41,655 bases of DNA, taken from positions 1 to 41,655 of the IMG/VR virus record IMGVR_UViG_3300032235_000202. One strand, written 5' to 3'. This DNA is from a virus. Its lineage: Duplodnaviria > Caudoviricetes. This document shows, in pieces, positions 19,792-29,042 of the stretch (its first letter is position 1; the number at the start of each line of letters is the position of its first letter). The position numbers were made by a program, and so were the translations under genes. The notes under the pieces are model-generated. The model was not told the origin of the DNA. It saw only the letters and a list, made by a program, of their open reading frames with translations, and ran no database searches.

Positions 19792-20856
19792 TTATAAACT
19801 AAACATCTTGTTCACCATTTCATCGTAGTCAGAGTTATTGACCGCAGCCGATGGTCTAGGACCGCTACTGTAGTCGATGTTCTTCATGCCTTTAAGGATA
19901 TCTGACTTCGCCTTAGACACTGCCTGTGTCACCATGGCGTTGACAATTTTCTCCCTATTCTGCAAGAAATATACATCCTCTGCCAACTGCTTAGTATCGT
20001 ACTTACCTTCCTTGTAGTAACGATTACCATAGAATGATTCCAAGTCAAACGCTTGTAACGTCTGTTGGAGGCTGCTCTTGTCCTCTGGTGTCAGAGTGAA
20101 TTTCCCGTCAAACTGGACATCCTCGTCCTTGTAATTGACGGAGAATCCATCAAAAGAGTTCAATCCGTCAGGTATGCTCTGTTCGAACACCTTTCTGGCA
20201 TCTTGATACGCCCTCGCTGAATCTTCCTGTTGCTTGGCCAGATACTGATTCACAACCTCGTCCGTGGGCTGCTGGGTCATCATCTGACTAAGGATATCTG
20301 GAAAGTCAATGTCCCTCTTTAAATCTTGGAGGCTAGTTTTGGCTTCCTTAACCAACTTCTTCATTTCTCTCTGCACTGCCTTCTGCTGCTTCTCCAATTG
20401 CTTTCTTCTGCTTGCTACCTCCTCATCGGTAAGCATATCAACGTCAATGTCGTCTTCTACAACAAACCTTGAGTTGTACTCTTCCTCTATCTCCTCTGGA
20501 GTGAGCTCCGGAAACTCATAAGCCATGTTCAGCTTAATCACATCCTCGTCACTCATTGTATCCAAGCTTGAAAGAACTTTCTGTTCGTAAAGCATGTCGG
20601 CTAGTTCCGAAACATCCTTTGTGACCAGTTTTTCATATATCGTTTTTGAGAAGTCATCCTTCCACTCAAACGATGGCTTCTGTGGTTCTGGTGTTGGTTC
20701 TGGTGTCTGAACCTGCTCTGGTGCTGGAGTTGATTCCGGCGCTGGAGTAGATTCTGGTGTTGGTTCTGCTACCGGATTTGGCTCTGGTGCTGGTTGGGCA
20801 ACCTGAGATTCCGGAACATAAGCTCCGCTATCAAATGGATTAAAGTTTTCAGACAT
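19792..20856 (-). CDS. Putative capsid scaffolding protein
   Basis: 354 aa, acidic, Pro/Glu-rich N-terminal repeats and coiled coil; between portal and MCP. Confidence 0.6.
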   Translation of the reverse strand: MSENFNPFDSGAYVPESQVAQPAPEPNPVAEPTPESTPAPESTPAPEQVQTPEPTPEPQKPSFEWKDDFSKTIYEKLVTKDVSELADMLYEQKVLSSLDTMSDEDVIKLNMAYEFPELTPEEIEEEYNSRFVVEDDIDVDMLTDEEVASRRKQLEKQQKAVQREMKKLVKEAKTSLQDLKRDIDFPDILSQMMTQQPTDEVVNQYLAKQQEDSARAYQDARKVFEQSIPDGLNSFDGFSVNYKDEDVQFDGKFTLTPEDKSSLQQTLQAFDLESFYGNRYYKEGKYDTKQLAEDVYFLQNREKIVNAMVTQAVSKAKSDILKGMKNIDYSSGPRPSAAVNNSDYDEMVNKMFSL

Positions 20857-20871
20857 GATTGATTATTTATA

Positions 20872-20879
20872 CAAAAATA
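20872..20879 (-). promoter_or_regulatory. Bacteroidota -7 promoter element TATTTTTG
   Basis: TAnnTTTG match in a 35-nt intergenic gap. Confidence 0.55.
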
Positions 20880-20891
20880 CAAATATTTAGA

Positions 20892-23198
20892 TTACATCTG
20901 AGTTTCTTGCTCCATGCCTTGTTCAGCTTCTTGTTGCTGCATAGCCTGCTGTTGCATTGCTGCCTGCTCCGCCATTTCTTTCTGCTGCTGCTCTTCTTGT
21001 AGGTAAGACATCACAATCTGCTGAAGCTCTGGGCTAAGTGGTTTGCCAAGCTCAAATGACTTCATCAATGCTTCCTGAACAAATTGCTGTTTTACCAAAT
21101 CCTTCTTCATTGTCATCTCAGTCTGAACTACGGCAAGCTTTCCTTGGCTAGTCATCTGCTCAAGCTGCATGTCTGCCTGAGCCTTAGCTGCAACTGATTG
21201 CTGCTGTGACTGGGCATTCATTTGTGAGTTCATCTGCGCCTTCTCCATCTCCGCCTTTTCCTTTCTCTTCTTGGCCTTAGACATGTACATCTCAGCCAGC
21301 TTAGTGTTCTTGATGCTTCTGATTCTGAACGCATCCTCAAACTCTATCATTCCAGCAGACAATGCTGTCTGAATCATGGCCTCAATGAACTGCCTTTCTT
21401 TGTCATCTGGTAGTATCTCAATCTTCACATTGAACACACGACCCTTGATGTCCTCAGGATTCAGGTACTCTCTGTACTGCTGACCTCCATACAGTACGGA
21501 ATCATAAAGCAGCATGGCTATCTTCTTAGCAGTCTGCTGATACACAGATAGGTATGAATCGTATATAAAATCTGTAGCGTTGTTAGATGCAGCTATCTGA
21601 GCCTGCTGAACTCCAAGACCAAGCTTTGGATTAACACCTGAACCTTCACGGTACTCGTTAACACCAATCTCATCCCTAAGTCTTTCTAGGTAGTGGTTGT
21701 ATATTGTAACCAGCTCCTGAAGTTGACCTATGCTTGAGCTGTTTGGAGCTTCTTGAATGGGAACACCATTCATTCCGTCACCGTCCTCAGTCTTCCTCCT
21801 GTAGTATATGTTACCAGTCTGGTCGTAAATCTTTTGAATCTCCAAAGGTGTGATATCTTTTCCACCACCTAAGCTGATATCTGACAGGGAGTCTATATCT
21901 ATAATAAGGCCTGAAGGTCTCAGCTTAGCAACAAGCTGCTGAATCTTCAAATGCGCAAGAGTCATCTGACGGATTGATGTCTCCATCCTTTCGGGTAGAG
22001 CCATGTTCTCCAAGTCCAAGTTCTCGTACATGTACAAGCTGTAGCTGAACTCTACGTCTGCAACCTCTTTTGCAGCGTTTGACTTAATCATGTTCTTAGC
22101 AACCTCCCACTTAAGCATGAGGTCTGTGTTCATCACATGCACTCCGTGGTAGATTACGTACCTGTCCTTCTTGATAATCTCCTTGTTGTCTCCTACCCTC
22201 TGTGGCTCACGTTCCTTCCTTTCTACAATCAGGTTACCAAACTTATTTACCTTGGACTGGTATATTACCGTATCGATAGACTTAATCTCAAAGTCAATCA
22301 CATCAACAGTCCAGTCATCGTACGGCCTATCTATAGAGAACCTGTACTTCTCGTCCCACTTTACAGACTGATTAAACTGTTTAGATTTGCTTGAGATTGT
22401 GTACAGTTGTTTCTCGTCTAGGTTAGGATACTCGTTTCTAATGTCTATAATTTTCATAGACAATATCTCACCGACAAACGACATGTCTCTGAAGTCATCG
22501 TAGTCAGAATATGAGTATATAAGGTTCTCTGGAGTTACCCTCCTGATGTTTACCTTTCCGTTAGTTCCTACAGACACCTTTGTAGCCGCAACGCCAGTCT
22601 CGATAGCATCCTCAATAAGCTTCCTCTTGATTGTGTCCCACCCATTCATGAATGTTACGTAGTCAACACCCTTCTCAAACAGAATCTCTTCCGGCAGCTG
22701 ATACTCTAATCCAAAATATAATTCCAGTTCTTCGTAATCCTCTGGTGTAAACTTGCCTTCAGCCATCAGTTTAACTCCAGACTGCTCTTCAATCTGCTTG
22801 ACTTGGTCTCCAAAGTTCATCCTGAACTCAGCCTCGTCCTTGTCGTACTTTTTCCTTTCTATAGATATTGGGTCTACGGCTGAAGCTCTAGCTTTCTCCA
22901 TCCTCTTCATAAATCCTCCTATAATCACCTGCATAAACTTAGGTGCTATGGCTGGAGCCTTCATGTCAAGGTTGATGAATGCCTCCTTGCCGTCAACGTT
23001 CATGAGGTCTAGGAACTCAGACATTGGCTGCCTTCCTCTGGAGAACATTCTATTCTTCTGGAACTTTTGGTTCCTTTTAGTATAGTAACTTGTATTAAAA
23101 GCCCGTTGTATAAACTTGGCTATTTTCAGTCCTTCAGAAGCTTCCTTCTTTAACTTAGCGTTAGAAAGGTGGAAGTTCAATATATTCTTATTTTCCAT
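20892..23198 (-). CDS. Portal protein
   Basis: 768 aa; IAPKFMQVIIGG, IYDQTGNIYYR and RDEIGVNEYREGS motifs; Gln-rich C-terminal coil; follows the terminase gene. Confidence 0.8.
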   Translation of the reverse strand: MENKNILNFHLSNAKLKKEASEGLKIAKFIQRAFNTSYYTKRNQKFQKNRMFSRGRQPMSEFLDLMNVDGKEAFINLDMKAPAIAPKFMQVIIGGFMKRMEKARASAVDPISIERKKYDKDEAEFRMNFGDQVKQIEEQSGVKLMAEGKFTPEDYEELELYFGLEYQLPEEILFEKGVDYVTFMNGWDTIKRKLIEDAIETGVAATKVSVGTNGKVNIRRVTPENLIYSYSDYDDFRDMSFVGEILSMKIIDIRNEYPNLDEKQLYTISSKSKQFNQSVKWDEKYRFSIDRPYDDWTVDVIDFEIKSIDTVIYQSKVNKFGNLIVERKEREPQRVGDNKEIIKKDRYVIYHGVHVMNTDLMLKWEVAKNMIKSNAAKEVADVEFSYSLYMYENLDLENMALPERMETSIRQMTLAHLKIQQLVAKLRPSGLIIDIDSLSDISLGGGKDITPLEIQKIYDQTGNIYYRRKTEDGDGMNGVPIQEAPNSSSIGQLQELVTIYNHYLERLRDEIGVNEYREGSGVNPKLGLGVQQAQIAASNNATDFIYDSYLSVYQQTAKKIAMLLYDSVLYGGQQYREYLNPEDIKGRVFNVKIEILPDDKERQFIEAMIQTALSAGMIEFEDAFRIRSIKNTKLAEMYMSKAKKRKEKAEMEKAQMNSQMNAQSQQQSVAAKAQADMQLEQMTSQGKLAVVQTEMTMKKDLVKQQFVQEALMKSFELGKPLSPELQQIVMSYLQEEQQQKEMAEQAAMQQQAMQQQEAEQGMEQETQM

Positions 23199-23203
23199 AT
23201 TAG

Positions 23204-23211
23204 CAAAAATA
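23204..23211 (-). promoter_or_regulatory. Bacteroidota -7 promoter element TATTTTTG (probably leaderless transcript)
   Basis: TATTTTTG-CTAAT-ATG. Confidence 0.55.
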
Positions 23212-23216
23212 CAAGA

Positions 23217-25223
23217 TTATCCTGTTATCTTGAACGTGCGTATAGGTATGGAGGCTGATGCCCTCTCTCTGGTGGCGTTCTCAACCGATACTCCAGACAG
23301 CAAGGATATCATAAAGGCTACACTTCGGTCATATGGGGTACGATTCTCGTGGTCGTACTGAAGCAGTTCCTCTATCAAATCAGGAAACACAACCTTGTGG
23401 CAGTGACTCTCAACATACATGATGCAGGTATCAAGCTGCCTAGCCATAGCAAAAGCATCGCCTGAAGTAACGCCGTACTTGTGCACTGTCCTCCTTCTCA
23501 TCTTGTCTATTGCAGCCTCAGGAGTCTTCATGAGGTACGGACGGAATCCCTTATTATTAAAGAAGTCAACAAAGTCGTCACCTACGTCATTCTCGTAACA
23601 CGCCCTGTATCCCCAGAATACGGCTGCCTTCAGCATCTCATCGTGGAACATAGACTTTAGCCTTGGTCTGTCTACGTACTCAGCTATAGGCATTCCTGTG
23701 TTCTCTGGGTCTGATGAGTCTAGCCTCTCAAATACATAGCACGCTCCCATAGAACCCTTCCCTGATATCACAGATGATTTGAACGGGTCAATGCCTGACA
23801 CATACTTGTGTGCATTTCCCGGTATCCTAACCCCATCCACCTCAGTGAACTTATTTCTTTCTGAATCGTTAGGGAACTTGTATACTAGCCAAGAGCCGTC
23901 CTTGTCATCTGCCCAGTCTACGGTTCTAGAATCTTTCCAGTAAAGCCTAATCCTTCTAAGTTTAATCCTCTCCTCCTTTAACACGTCAAGCTGGTTATAT
24001 AAATTCTCAGAGTTGAAGTAACACTTCTTCTGGTCAATCATAAACGCCTCTTCCTCTGTAAAAGGGTTCATCCTGATTTCTTCACTTAGTGCCTTCTTAT
24101 CTTTAATTATTGAACGCTGTCCTATTAGGTACTCCTTAGCGCCAATCTTGATATCCATCCCAAACCTAGACTTGATGTACTCAGCCTGCTCTTCTGTTGG
24201 TGTGTCAATAATAGACATACCGTACTCATCTATAAATCCTTCGTACCCATCGTATGCTGGGCAAAAGTATCTGTAAAGTCCTGTAGGTGTAACATTATTC
24301 TCGAAGTGATTGCTGCTGTCGAACAAAACCTTGTACGGCTCTCCTCCACTCTTGGCGTCATTAGCGGTAGATGGTATCAGGCAAAAACCAACCTTGATTG
24401 CGCCACGCATCATCGTCTTCCTGACAATTGGCCAGTACTGGTTTACGGGTACATCTTTTGGAAACTTACCGGCCTCATCAAGGAGTAGTGCCGTAATCCT
24501 GCCAGAGTCGTATGAGTTCAGTGCGGTATTCTTAAAGTTAATCTTGGACTCTAAACCAATGTCGTCATCAAAAACCTTCCCTATTTCCCTAGCTTTCTTC
24601 CTTGTTCTGTCCTTTTTCTTCCTAAATACTAGCTCAGTCTTGGTTTCTTCATCCTCCGCCCTTGGCTTGAAGAATATTGGAAGGTTCCTGTAGCCATTCA
24701 TTACCATGTACACGAATGCGTCAGATGCGTCCTTACCAGTCTTTGACATGATACCACAGAATGACTTCCTGTGTGTTATTGATTTCCAGACCAGATAGCA
24801 CGTAGCCTGAGATGTTGCACCTTCCCTACGTTTCTTGATACGGATAATACCAAAGCACTGTGGTATTTTTTCGCAGTAGTCTTGGTAGTAGAAGTACTTC
24901 CTGTCAACGTCTCTGTAATCTGGCACATTGCCATCCTCTAGAGTCCAGTAGTTTAGGTAGAAGTAGTGTAGTCCAGTTATGTATGTGAGTACGTCCTTGT
25001 TGTAAAACCAGTATCCATCGTTTATTTTCTTCCACTCTGCCTTGATGAAGTCAACGTGCTCCTGCTCATATATAGCGTTACCATCTTCGTCAAACTCTAG
25101 GTCTTCGAATATGGAAGGTATCTGAACCTTTGTAAATAACCTCTTCCTCTCCTTCTGGTTTTCAATCCGAGTTGGAGCTTGAGGTGTTTTGTACACCACG
25201 CCGTATATCTGATGTTCCTGCAT
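23217..25223 (-). CDS. terL: Terminase large subunit
   Basis: YITGLHYFYLN, Walker A KKRREGAT, Walker B LLLDEAGK, nuclease motifs GIDP and YD. Confidence 0.9.
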   Translation of the reverse strand: MQEHQIYGVVYKTPQAPTRIENQKERKRLFTKVQIPSIFEDLEFDEDGNAIYEQEHVDFIKAEWKKINDGYWFYNKDVLTYITGLHYFYLNYWTLEDGNVPDYRDVDRKYFYYQDYCEKIPQCFGIIRIKKRREGATSQATCYLVWKSITHRKSFCGIMSKTGKDASDAFVYMVMNGYRNLPIFFKPRAEDEETKTELVFRKKKDRTRKKAREIGKVFDDDIGLESKINFKNTALNSYDSGRITALLLDEAGKFPKDVPVNQYWPIVRKTMMRGAIKVGFCLIPSTANDAKSGGEPYKVLFDSSNHFENNVTPTGLYRYFCPAYDGYEGFIDEYGMSIIDTPTEEQAEYIKSRFGMDIKIGAKEYLIGQRSIIKDKKALSEEIRMNPFTEEEAFMIDQKKCYFNSENLYNQLDVLKEERIKLRRIRLYWKDSRTVDWADDKDGSWLVYKFPNDSERNKFTEVDGVRIPGNAHKYVSGIDPFKSSVISGKGSMGACYVFERLDSSDPENTGMPIAEYVDRPRLKSMFHDEMLKAAVFWGYRACYENDVGDDFVDFFNNKGFRPYLMKTPEAAIDKMRRRTVHKYGVTSGDAFAMARQLDTCIMYVESHCHKVVFPDLIEELLQYDHENRTPYDRSVAFMISLLSGVSVENATRERASASIPIRTFKITG

Positions 25224-25839
25224 CTATAAGAAACTTGTTTGTGAATTTAGCTATTTTATTATAGAGGCTAACGCCAGTACCTGTAAGCGCAAAAACCTTT
25301 CTGGTCTCCCCAGTCTTTGAGCCTACAACAACAACGTAACCCTTGTTTATCATTTTACGAATCATTATGTAGAACGATACCTCAACACCACGGTTGAATA
25401 TGTAGAAGTCCTTCTTGTCAAAGAAGTCATACATGCCTGCCCACATGATGAAGCTGTACTCCTCAAGCGTGAGCTTGTAGATTTCCATTACCGTAGACAT
25501 GTGAAACATAAACCTAGAGAGTCCCTTCACACGGTAGTTGGTTCTCTTGACCTTCCTCATGGCGTTCTGGTATCCCTGCTTCTTCCATGTGTTGTGCATG
25601 ACCTGATTCTTACGGTTAACCTTCGCTATCTCAAGGTCTTTGCCATAGGATATTTGACTAAGCTTAAAATTTTTCCACTTGAGTTTGTTGTATCTAATCT
25701 TTGCCTCAGACCTAATTTCTTTGATACGCTCATCACGCCTAGCAATTATGTACTTAAGCTTGGTTATCTCATCAAGCCTCTCCTTGCATATCTTTCTAAG
25801 CTCTATCGAACTCTTGTTTTTGCTGCTTACACTCCTCAT
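25162..25839 (-). CDS. Basic coiled-coil protein with a C-terminal winged-helix-like domain
   Basis: 225 aa; IRKMINKGYVVV...RKVFALTGTG resembles a MarR/PadR-type wing; overlaps the terL start by 62 nt. Confidence 0.5.
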   Translation of the reverse strand: MRSVSSKNKSSIELRKICKERLDEITKLKYIIARRDERIKEIRSEAKIRYNKLKWKNFKLSQISYGKDLEIAKVNRKNQVMHNTWKKQGYQNAMRKVKRTNYRVKGLSRFMFHMSTVMEIYKLTLEEYSFIMWAGMYDFFDKKDFYIFNRGVEVSFYIMIRKMINKGYVVVVGSKTGETRKVFALTGTGVSLYNKIAKFTNKFLIDAGTSDIRRGVQNTSSSNSD

Positions 25840-26141
25840 CTTACAAGCTCCTCAATAAGTGGCTTCCTTCTAGACTTGTCTTTATCCTCGTCTCCAGTAA
25901 GCTGGTTATCTATCCTAAGCTTCTTCATGACCTCATTGATGTCTCCAATAGAGTTGAATAGCTTGAGAACACGTTCCCAAGAACCGTCATCTCTATCAGC
26001 TAGGTCAAGCTGCGTTAAGTCTTTGCTATTTAGCAGTATGGTTATCTCGTTCAGCTTACGGTTAATTGCGTAGTACGCACCTACTACCCCATCAGAACGG
26101 TAGAGTTCTAGCTCCTTCTTGAGTGAATCTATTTCTTTCAT
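25836..26141 (-). CDS. Hypothetical protein, possible terminase small subunit
   Basis: 101 aa, helical and charged, near terL; position is the only functional evidence. Confidence 0.35.
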   Translation of the reverse strand: MKEIDSLKKELELYRSDGVVGAYYAINRKLNEITILLNSKDLTQLDLADRDDGSWERVLKLFNSIGDINEVMKKLRIDNQLTGDEDKDKSRRKPLIEELVR

Positions 26142-26740
26142 ACTGTTAGTTTACCGAAGCAATCATCTACCTTGATTCTGATTATCTTGGTCATCTTTCC
26201 ACCAAGGTTGTGTGTCATCTCGTAGTCGGAGTACTTGTACATTACGGCAACGTCACCCACTTCGTAGTCTGTAACAGATTCAGGCTTGGCTACAATCTTA
26301 ATGAGTGTCTCCTTCTTCTTTGGTTCTGTTAGGATGATTCCACCCGGACTAACTTGCTCATCGTCAAATACCCTCTCTCCAATCATGAACCCATCTAGGC
26401 AGACTAGCTCACCGTCAACAAAACCGAAGTAAACAAATCCGTCTTCGATTGAGTGAATTCTGGTAGAGTTGTCAGGATAGATGTCCAGACAATTGTCGGC
26501 TGAGATGCTGTTGTGGTAGATGAGTACATCCGTTCCTGCTTTAAGGTTCCTGAAGTCCGTAAGTAGTGTGGCCTGAGTGTGCTTAGATATCTTACCATCC
26601 CAAGAGTAGGATGTATCTACGAAGAGCTCGACAGTTGAGCCATCTTCCTTTTGAATTAGGTGTGAGTCTTTTGAGCCATTCCTTACGGCTACAATTACCC
26701 GCTTCCCCACGGGCTTAATCGTGTTGAATAAGTTGTTCAT
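26138..26740 (-). CDS. Co-chaperonin GroES-like protein with two tandem domains
   Basis: IKPVGKRVIV...LKAGTDVL in domain 1; SPGGIILTEPKK...EVGDVAVMYKYS...IKVDDC in domain 2. Confidence 0.7.
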   Translation of the reverse strand: MNNLFNTIKPVGKRVIVAVRNGSKDSHLIQKEDGSTVELFVDTSYSWDGKISKHTQATLLTDFRNLKAGTDVLIYHNSISADNCLDIYPDNSTRIHSIEDGFVYFGFVDGELVCLDGFMIGERVFDDEQVSPGGIILTEPKKKETLIKIVAKPESVTDYEVGDVAVMYKYSDYEMTHNLGGKMTKIIRIKVDDCFGKLTV

Positions 26741-26750
26741 ATGATTGGTT

Positions 26751-26785
26751 TTTTGACGGCTATATTCGCCGTTAAAACAAAGTTA
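26751..26785 (-). promoter_or_regulatory. -7 promoter element TAACTTTG followed by a 5' leader hairpin
   Basis: TAACTTTG at 26778-26785, then TTTTAACGGC-GAATATA-GCCGTCAAAA. Confidence 0.5.
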
Positions 26786-27088
26786 CTTAAACCTTTCCCC
26801 TTTGCCAGAACTTTTTCCAGAACGGTATACCTGACTTCCTCTAGACCATAGGTAGTGGTATGCCCAGTATCCAGCCGTAAGCTTGGAGGAGTTAGCTTCT
26901 TTTGCGTGTCTTTTTCTATACTGTGCTCTAGCCTCAGGTGAGTAGTTAGATGAGTACCCTTTCGCACCAAACCTAACCATCCGTACCTTGTCACCTTCCT
27001 TAGCAAGGACAACCTTCTTGTGGACGCCATCGTTGGCATCCTTGGGCTTGTTGTAGCCACTGAACTTTATGCCTCTGTAGTTTATCAT
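26783..27088 (-). CDS. Small basic conserved viral protein
   Basis: 101 aa; VRFGAKG...ARAQYRKRH...KLTAGYWA motif recalled from phage and giant-virus DUF families. Confidence 0.55.
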   Translation of the reverse strand: MINYRGIKFSGYNKPKDANDGVHKKVVLAKEGDKVRMVRFGAKGYSSNYSPEARAQYRKRHAKEANSSKLTAGYWAYHYLWSRGSQVYRSGKSSGKGERFK

Positions 27089-27441
27089 AGCGGGAATACG
27101 TCTCCTGATTTAGGGTCTCTTCTGAATCCTTTCTTTCTAAGCTCCATGTCTGACAGCCTTACGTACTTCAATGGTTTATTTTCCATGCCGTCATCAAGCA
27201 ACCCATTGTTACGTAGGTAGTCTCTCATTGCCTCCTCAGGAACTACGGATGCACCCTTCATTGGCCCCTTCTTCATTGCTTCTGGAACCTCTATCTGCAT
27301 CACCTTCTTTCTCTTCGGGTCGTAGTACAATCCCTGCTTGGCGAGAACCTCGTTTACTCTCTTGAGCCTAGGGTCTTCAGGGTCCTCTATGTTCTGACCC
27401 TTGGGCATGGATTGCATGAATTTTGCCAGATTTAGCTTCAT
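27085..27441 (-). CDS. Hypothetical basic protein
   Basis: 118-aa ORF with 4-nt overlaps to both neighbours. Confidence 0.55.
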   Translation of the reverse strand: MKLNLAKFMQSMPKGQNIEDPEDPRLKRVNEVLAKQGLYYDPKRKKVMQIEVPEAMKKGPMKGASVVPEEAMRDYLRNNGLLDDGMENKPLKYVRLSDMELRKKGFRRDPKSGDVFPL

Positions 27442-27815
27442 TTTCTATATCTTTTAACAAGTTTAGCTATGCTCTTTGGCTGTGGGACAAATTGCTTACC
27501 TTTTTTGTCACCAGCAGCCTTAGCTTTGTTGGTTGCTGCCTTCTGTCCGGGACTGAGTGCCTTCCATGCCTTAGCTGGTAGGTACCTTTTCTTCCCCTCT
27601 GACGGCTCACCAGTAGAAGTCTTCCAGTCATGCTTAGTCCACTTGGACAGGGAGTTGGAGCTTGACTTCTTTCCTGAGTATCCTCCACCTGACTTCTTGT
27701 AAAGCTGCACAGCAAGCTGCATAGCCCTAGCGGAGTGCTTGCCTCCCATCTGGGAGACAGCCTTACGCTTAGATGATTCCCACAGGGAGGGATTAGTTTT
27801 CTTAGCCGTGCTCAC
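27438..27815 (-). CDS. Small basic protein, DUF5872-like
   Basis: SARAMQLAVQLYKKSGGGY..LSKWTKHDWKT..RYLPAKAWKALS..KGKQFVPQP motif; family name is from memory. Confidence 0.6.
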   Translation of the reverse strand: MSTAKKTNPSLWESSKRKAVSQMGGKHSARAMQLAVQLYKKSGGGYSGKKSSSNSLSKWTKHDWKTSTGEPSEGKKRYLPAKAWKALSPGQKAATNKAKAAGDKKGKQFVPQPKSIAKLVKRYRK

Positions 27816-27910
27816 TTGCGGTCATGTTTATTACGTGACTTCTTGGCCTTGCCCTTCTTTCTCTTGCCGAAGGTCTTCTTTACCTTGTCAGATGGTGCCC
27901 CCTTTGCCAT
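27812..27910 (-). CDS. 32-aa Lys/Arg-rich peptide (not in ORF track)
   Basis: MAKGAPSDKVKKTFGKRKKGKAKKSRNKHDRK; fills the gap exactly, abutting the upstream stop and overlapping the downstream start (GTGA). Confidence 0.65.
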   Translation of the reverse strand: MAKGAPSDKVKKTFGKRKKGKAKKSRNKHDRK

Positions 27911-28243
27911 TTACTTCTTTTTCATTCTACTAAGAGCCTTGTCCTTCCCTTCAGAAAATCCTTCGTTGTACCTACTAGATAATCCAACCACAGTTGTACC
28001 AGTTTTGTACGGACCTGAAGCTATTCTATTCTTCCTAAGTGGATTTTTGCTAACCTCAGACATTCCTGCAGAAAACCCTTCCCTGTATGTAGATGAGTCA
28101 CCTGAAGAAGGTTTTCCTTTAATCTTCTCCATCTTTCCCATGTACTTGTAGTTAGGGCCAATCTCTTTGACAACCTTTGCCTTTACAGACGTGTTGTCTT
28201 TCTTTACAGACCTGCTAGCTGGTGTTATAGATTTCTTCTTCAT
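27911..28243 (-). CDS. Small basic protein
   Basis: 110 aa, Lys/Ser rich, internal repeat YREGFSAG / YNEGFSEG. Confidence 0.6.
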   Translation of the reverse strand: MKKKSITPASRSVKKDNTSVKAKVVKEIGPNYKYMGKMEKIKGKPSSGDSSTYREGFSAGMSEVSKNPLRKNRIASGPYKTGTTVVGLSSRYNEGFSEGKDKALSRMKKK

Positions 28244-28245
28244 GG

Positions 28246-28518
28246 TTACTTCTTTTTGCCGTACTTAATAGTCTTGGTAGAAGGTCCTGCGTTCATGTTA
28301 GCCATTCCGCCAGCCTTAGCCCTGTCCTTTGCGATAGCGTTCAGTGAGTTCACCATTCCAGCCTCCCTCATCTTACGGTCAGCCATAGACTGAGGCTTTC
28401 CCATCTCGCTCTTTACCATAATCTTACCCTTTGGTGTCTTTATGGCTACCTGCTTGGTTACCTTGCCACCCTTGATTGTCTCCCGCTTCATGGCGGATAC
28501 CTTTGGTTTAGTTTGCAT
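28246..28518 (-). CDS. Small basic protein
   Basis: 90 aa, Lys/Met rich, first gene after the promoter element at 28535. Confidence 0.6.
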   Translation of the reverse strand: MQTKPKVSAMKRETIKGGKVTKQVAIKTPKGKIMVKSEMGKPQSMADRKMREAGMVNSLNAIAKDRAKAGGMANMNAGPSTKTIKYGKKK

Positions 28519-28534
28519 TGATTTAGATTTGTAG

Positions 28535-28542
28535 CAAATATA
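28535..28542 (-). promoter_or_regulatory. Bacteroidota -7 promoter element TATATTTG
   Basis: TAnnTTTG in a 25-nt gap upstream of the basic-protein cluster. Confidence 0.6.
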
Positions 28543-28543
28543 A

Positions 28544-28972
28544 TCAACTTTTGCGACTACTTTCTATCAGGCTAGCCCTGTTACCCTTGAACAACATGTT
28601 TGGATTGATGTAGTATATCTTCTTAGACTTCTTGGATATAATCCCCCTATCAATAAGCGTATTCAATCCCTTGTATACATGTGGCCGTGACTTAGTAGGA
28701 TTAGTAGGAGGCGCTCCATTCTTAAATCTATTGATATACTCAATCACGTCACTTATGTCTATGTAGACCTCATTTGACCCTCTAGTAAGCATATGTATCA
28801 CGTATCCTAACACCTTCAGTTCTACGGCTCCCATTTCGTCAATCATCTCTAAGAGTGGCCAGTACATCTTAACACAAGGCTCAACATCAAACATCTTGGT
28901 CTTGATTACGCCTTTAGCCGTAGGTACTTTGATAGAAGTAAACTTCTCTTCAGAAACAGTAAAATCAGTCAT
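28544..28972 (-). CDS. RepL-like helix-turn-helix DNA-binding protein
   Basis: SRPHVYKGLNTLIDRGII...YYINPNMLFKGNR is typical of the plasmid RepL family; likely ATG at 28972, downstream of the promoter element (the track starts at 29041). Confidence 0.6.
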   Translation of the reverse strand: MTDFTVSEEKFTSIKVPTAKGVIKTKMFDVEPCVKMYWPLLEMIDEMGAVELKVLGYVIHMLTRGSNEVYIDISDVIEYINRFKNGAPPTNPTKSRPHVYKGLNTLIDRGIISKKSKKIYYINPNMLFKGNRASLIESSRKS

Positions 28973-29014
28973 ATTATATTTGTTGGTTTGAATTATGCTT
29001 CGTATATTATGTGG

Positions 29015-29042
29015 CAAATATACACTAAAATTCTGTCCCAAA
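29015..29042 (-). promoter_or_regulatory. Leftward Bacteroidota promoter
   Basis: TATATTTG at 29015-29022 with an upstream TTTG at 29039-29042. Confidence 0.55.

Noticed and set aside
26751-26777. CIRCE heat-shock operator upstream of the GroES-like gene
   Set aside because: The inverted repeat does not match TTAGCACTC-N9-GAGTGCTAA
374-28151. Plus-strand ORFs in the left arm (for example 6497-7474, 7523-8188, 25501-26073)
   Set aside because: Antisense shadows of long minus-strand genes, with no recognisable motifs or initiation signals
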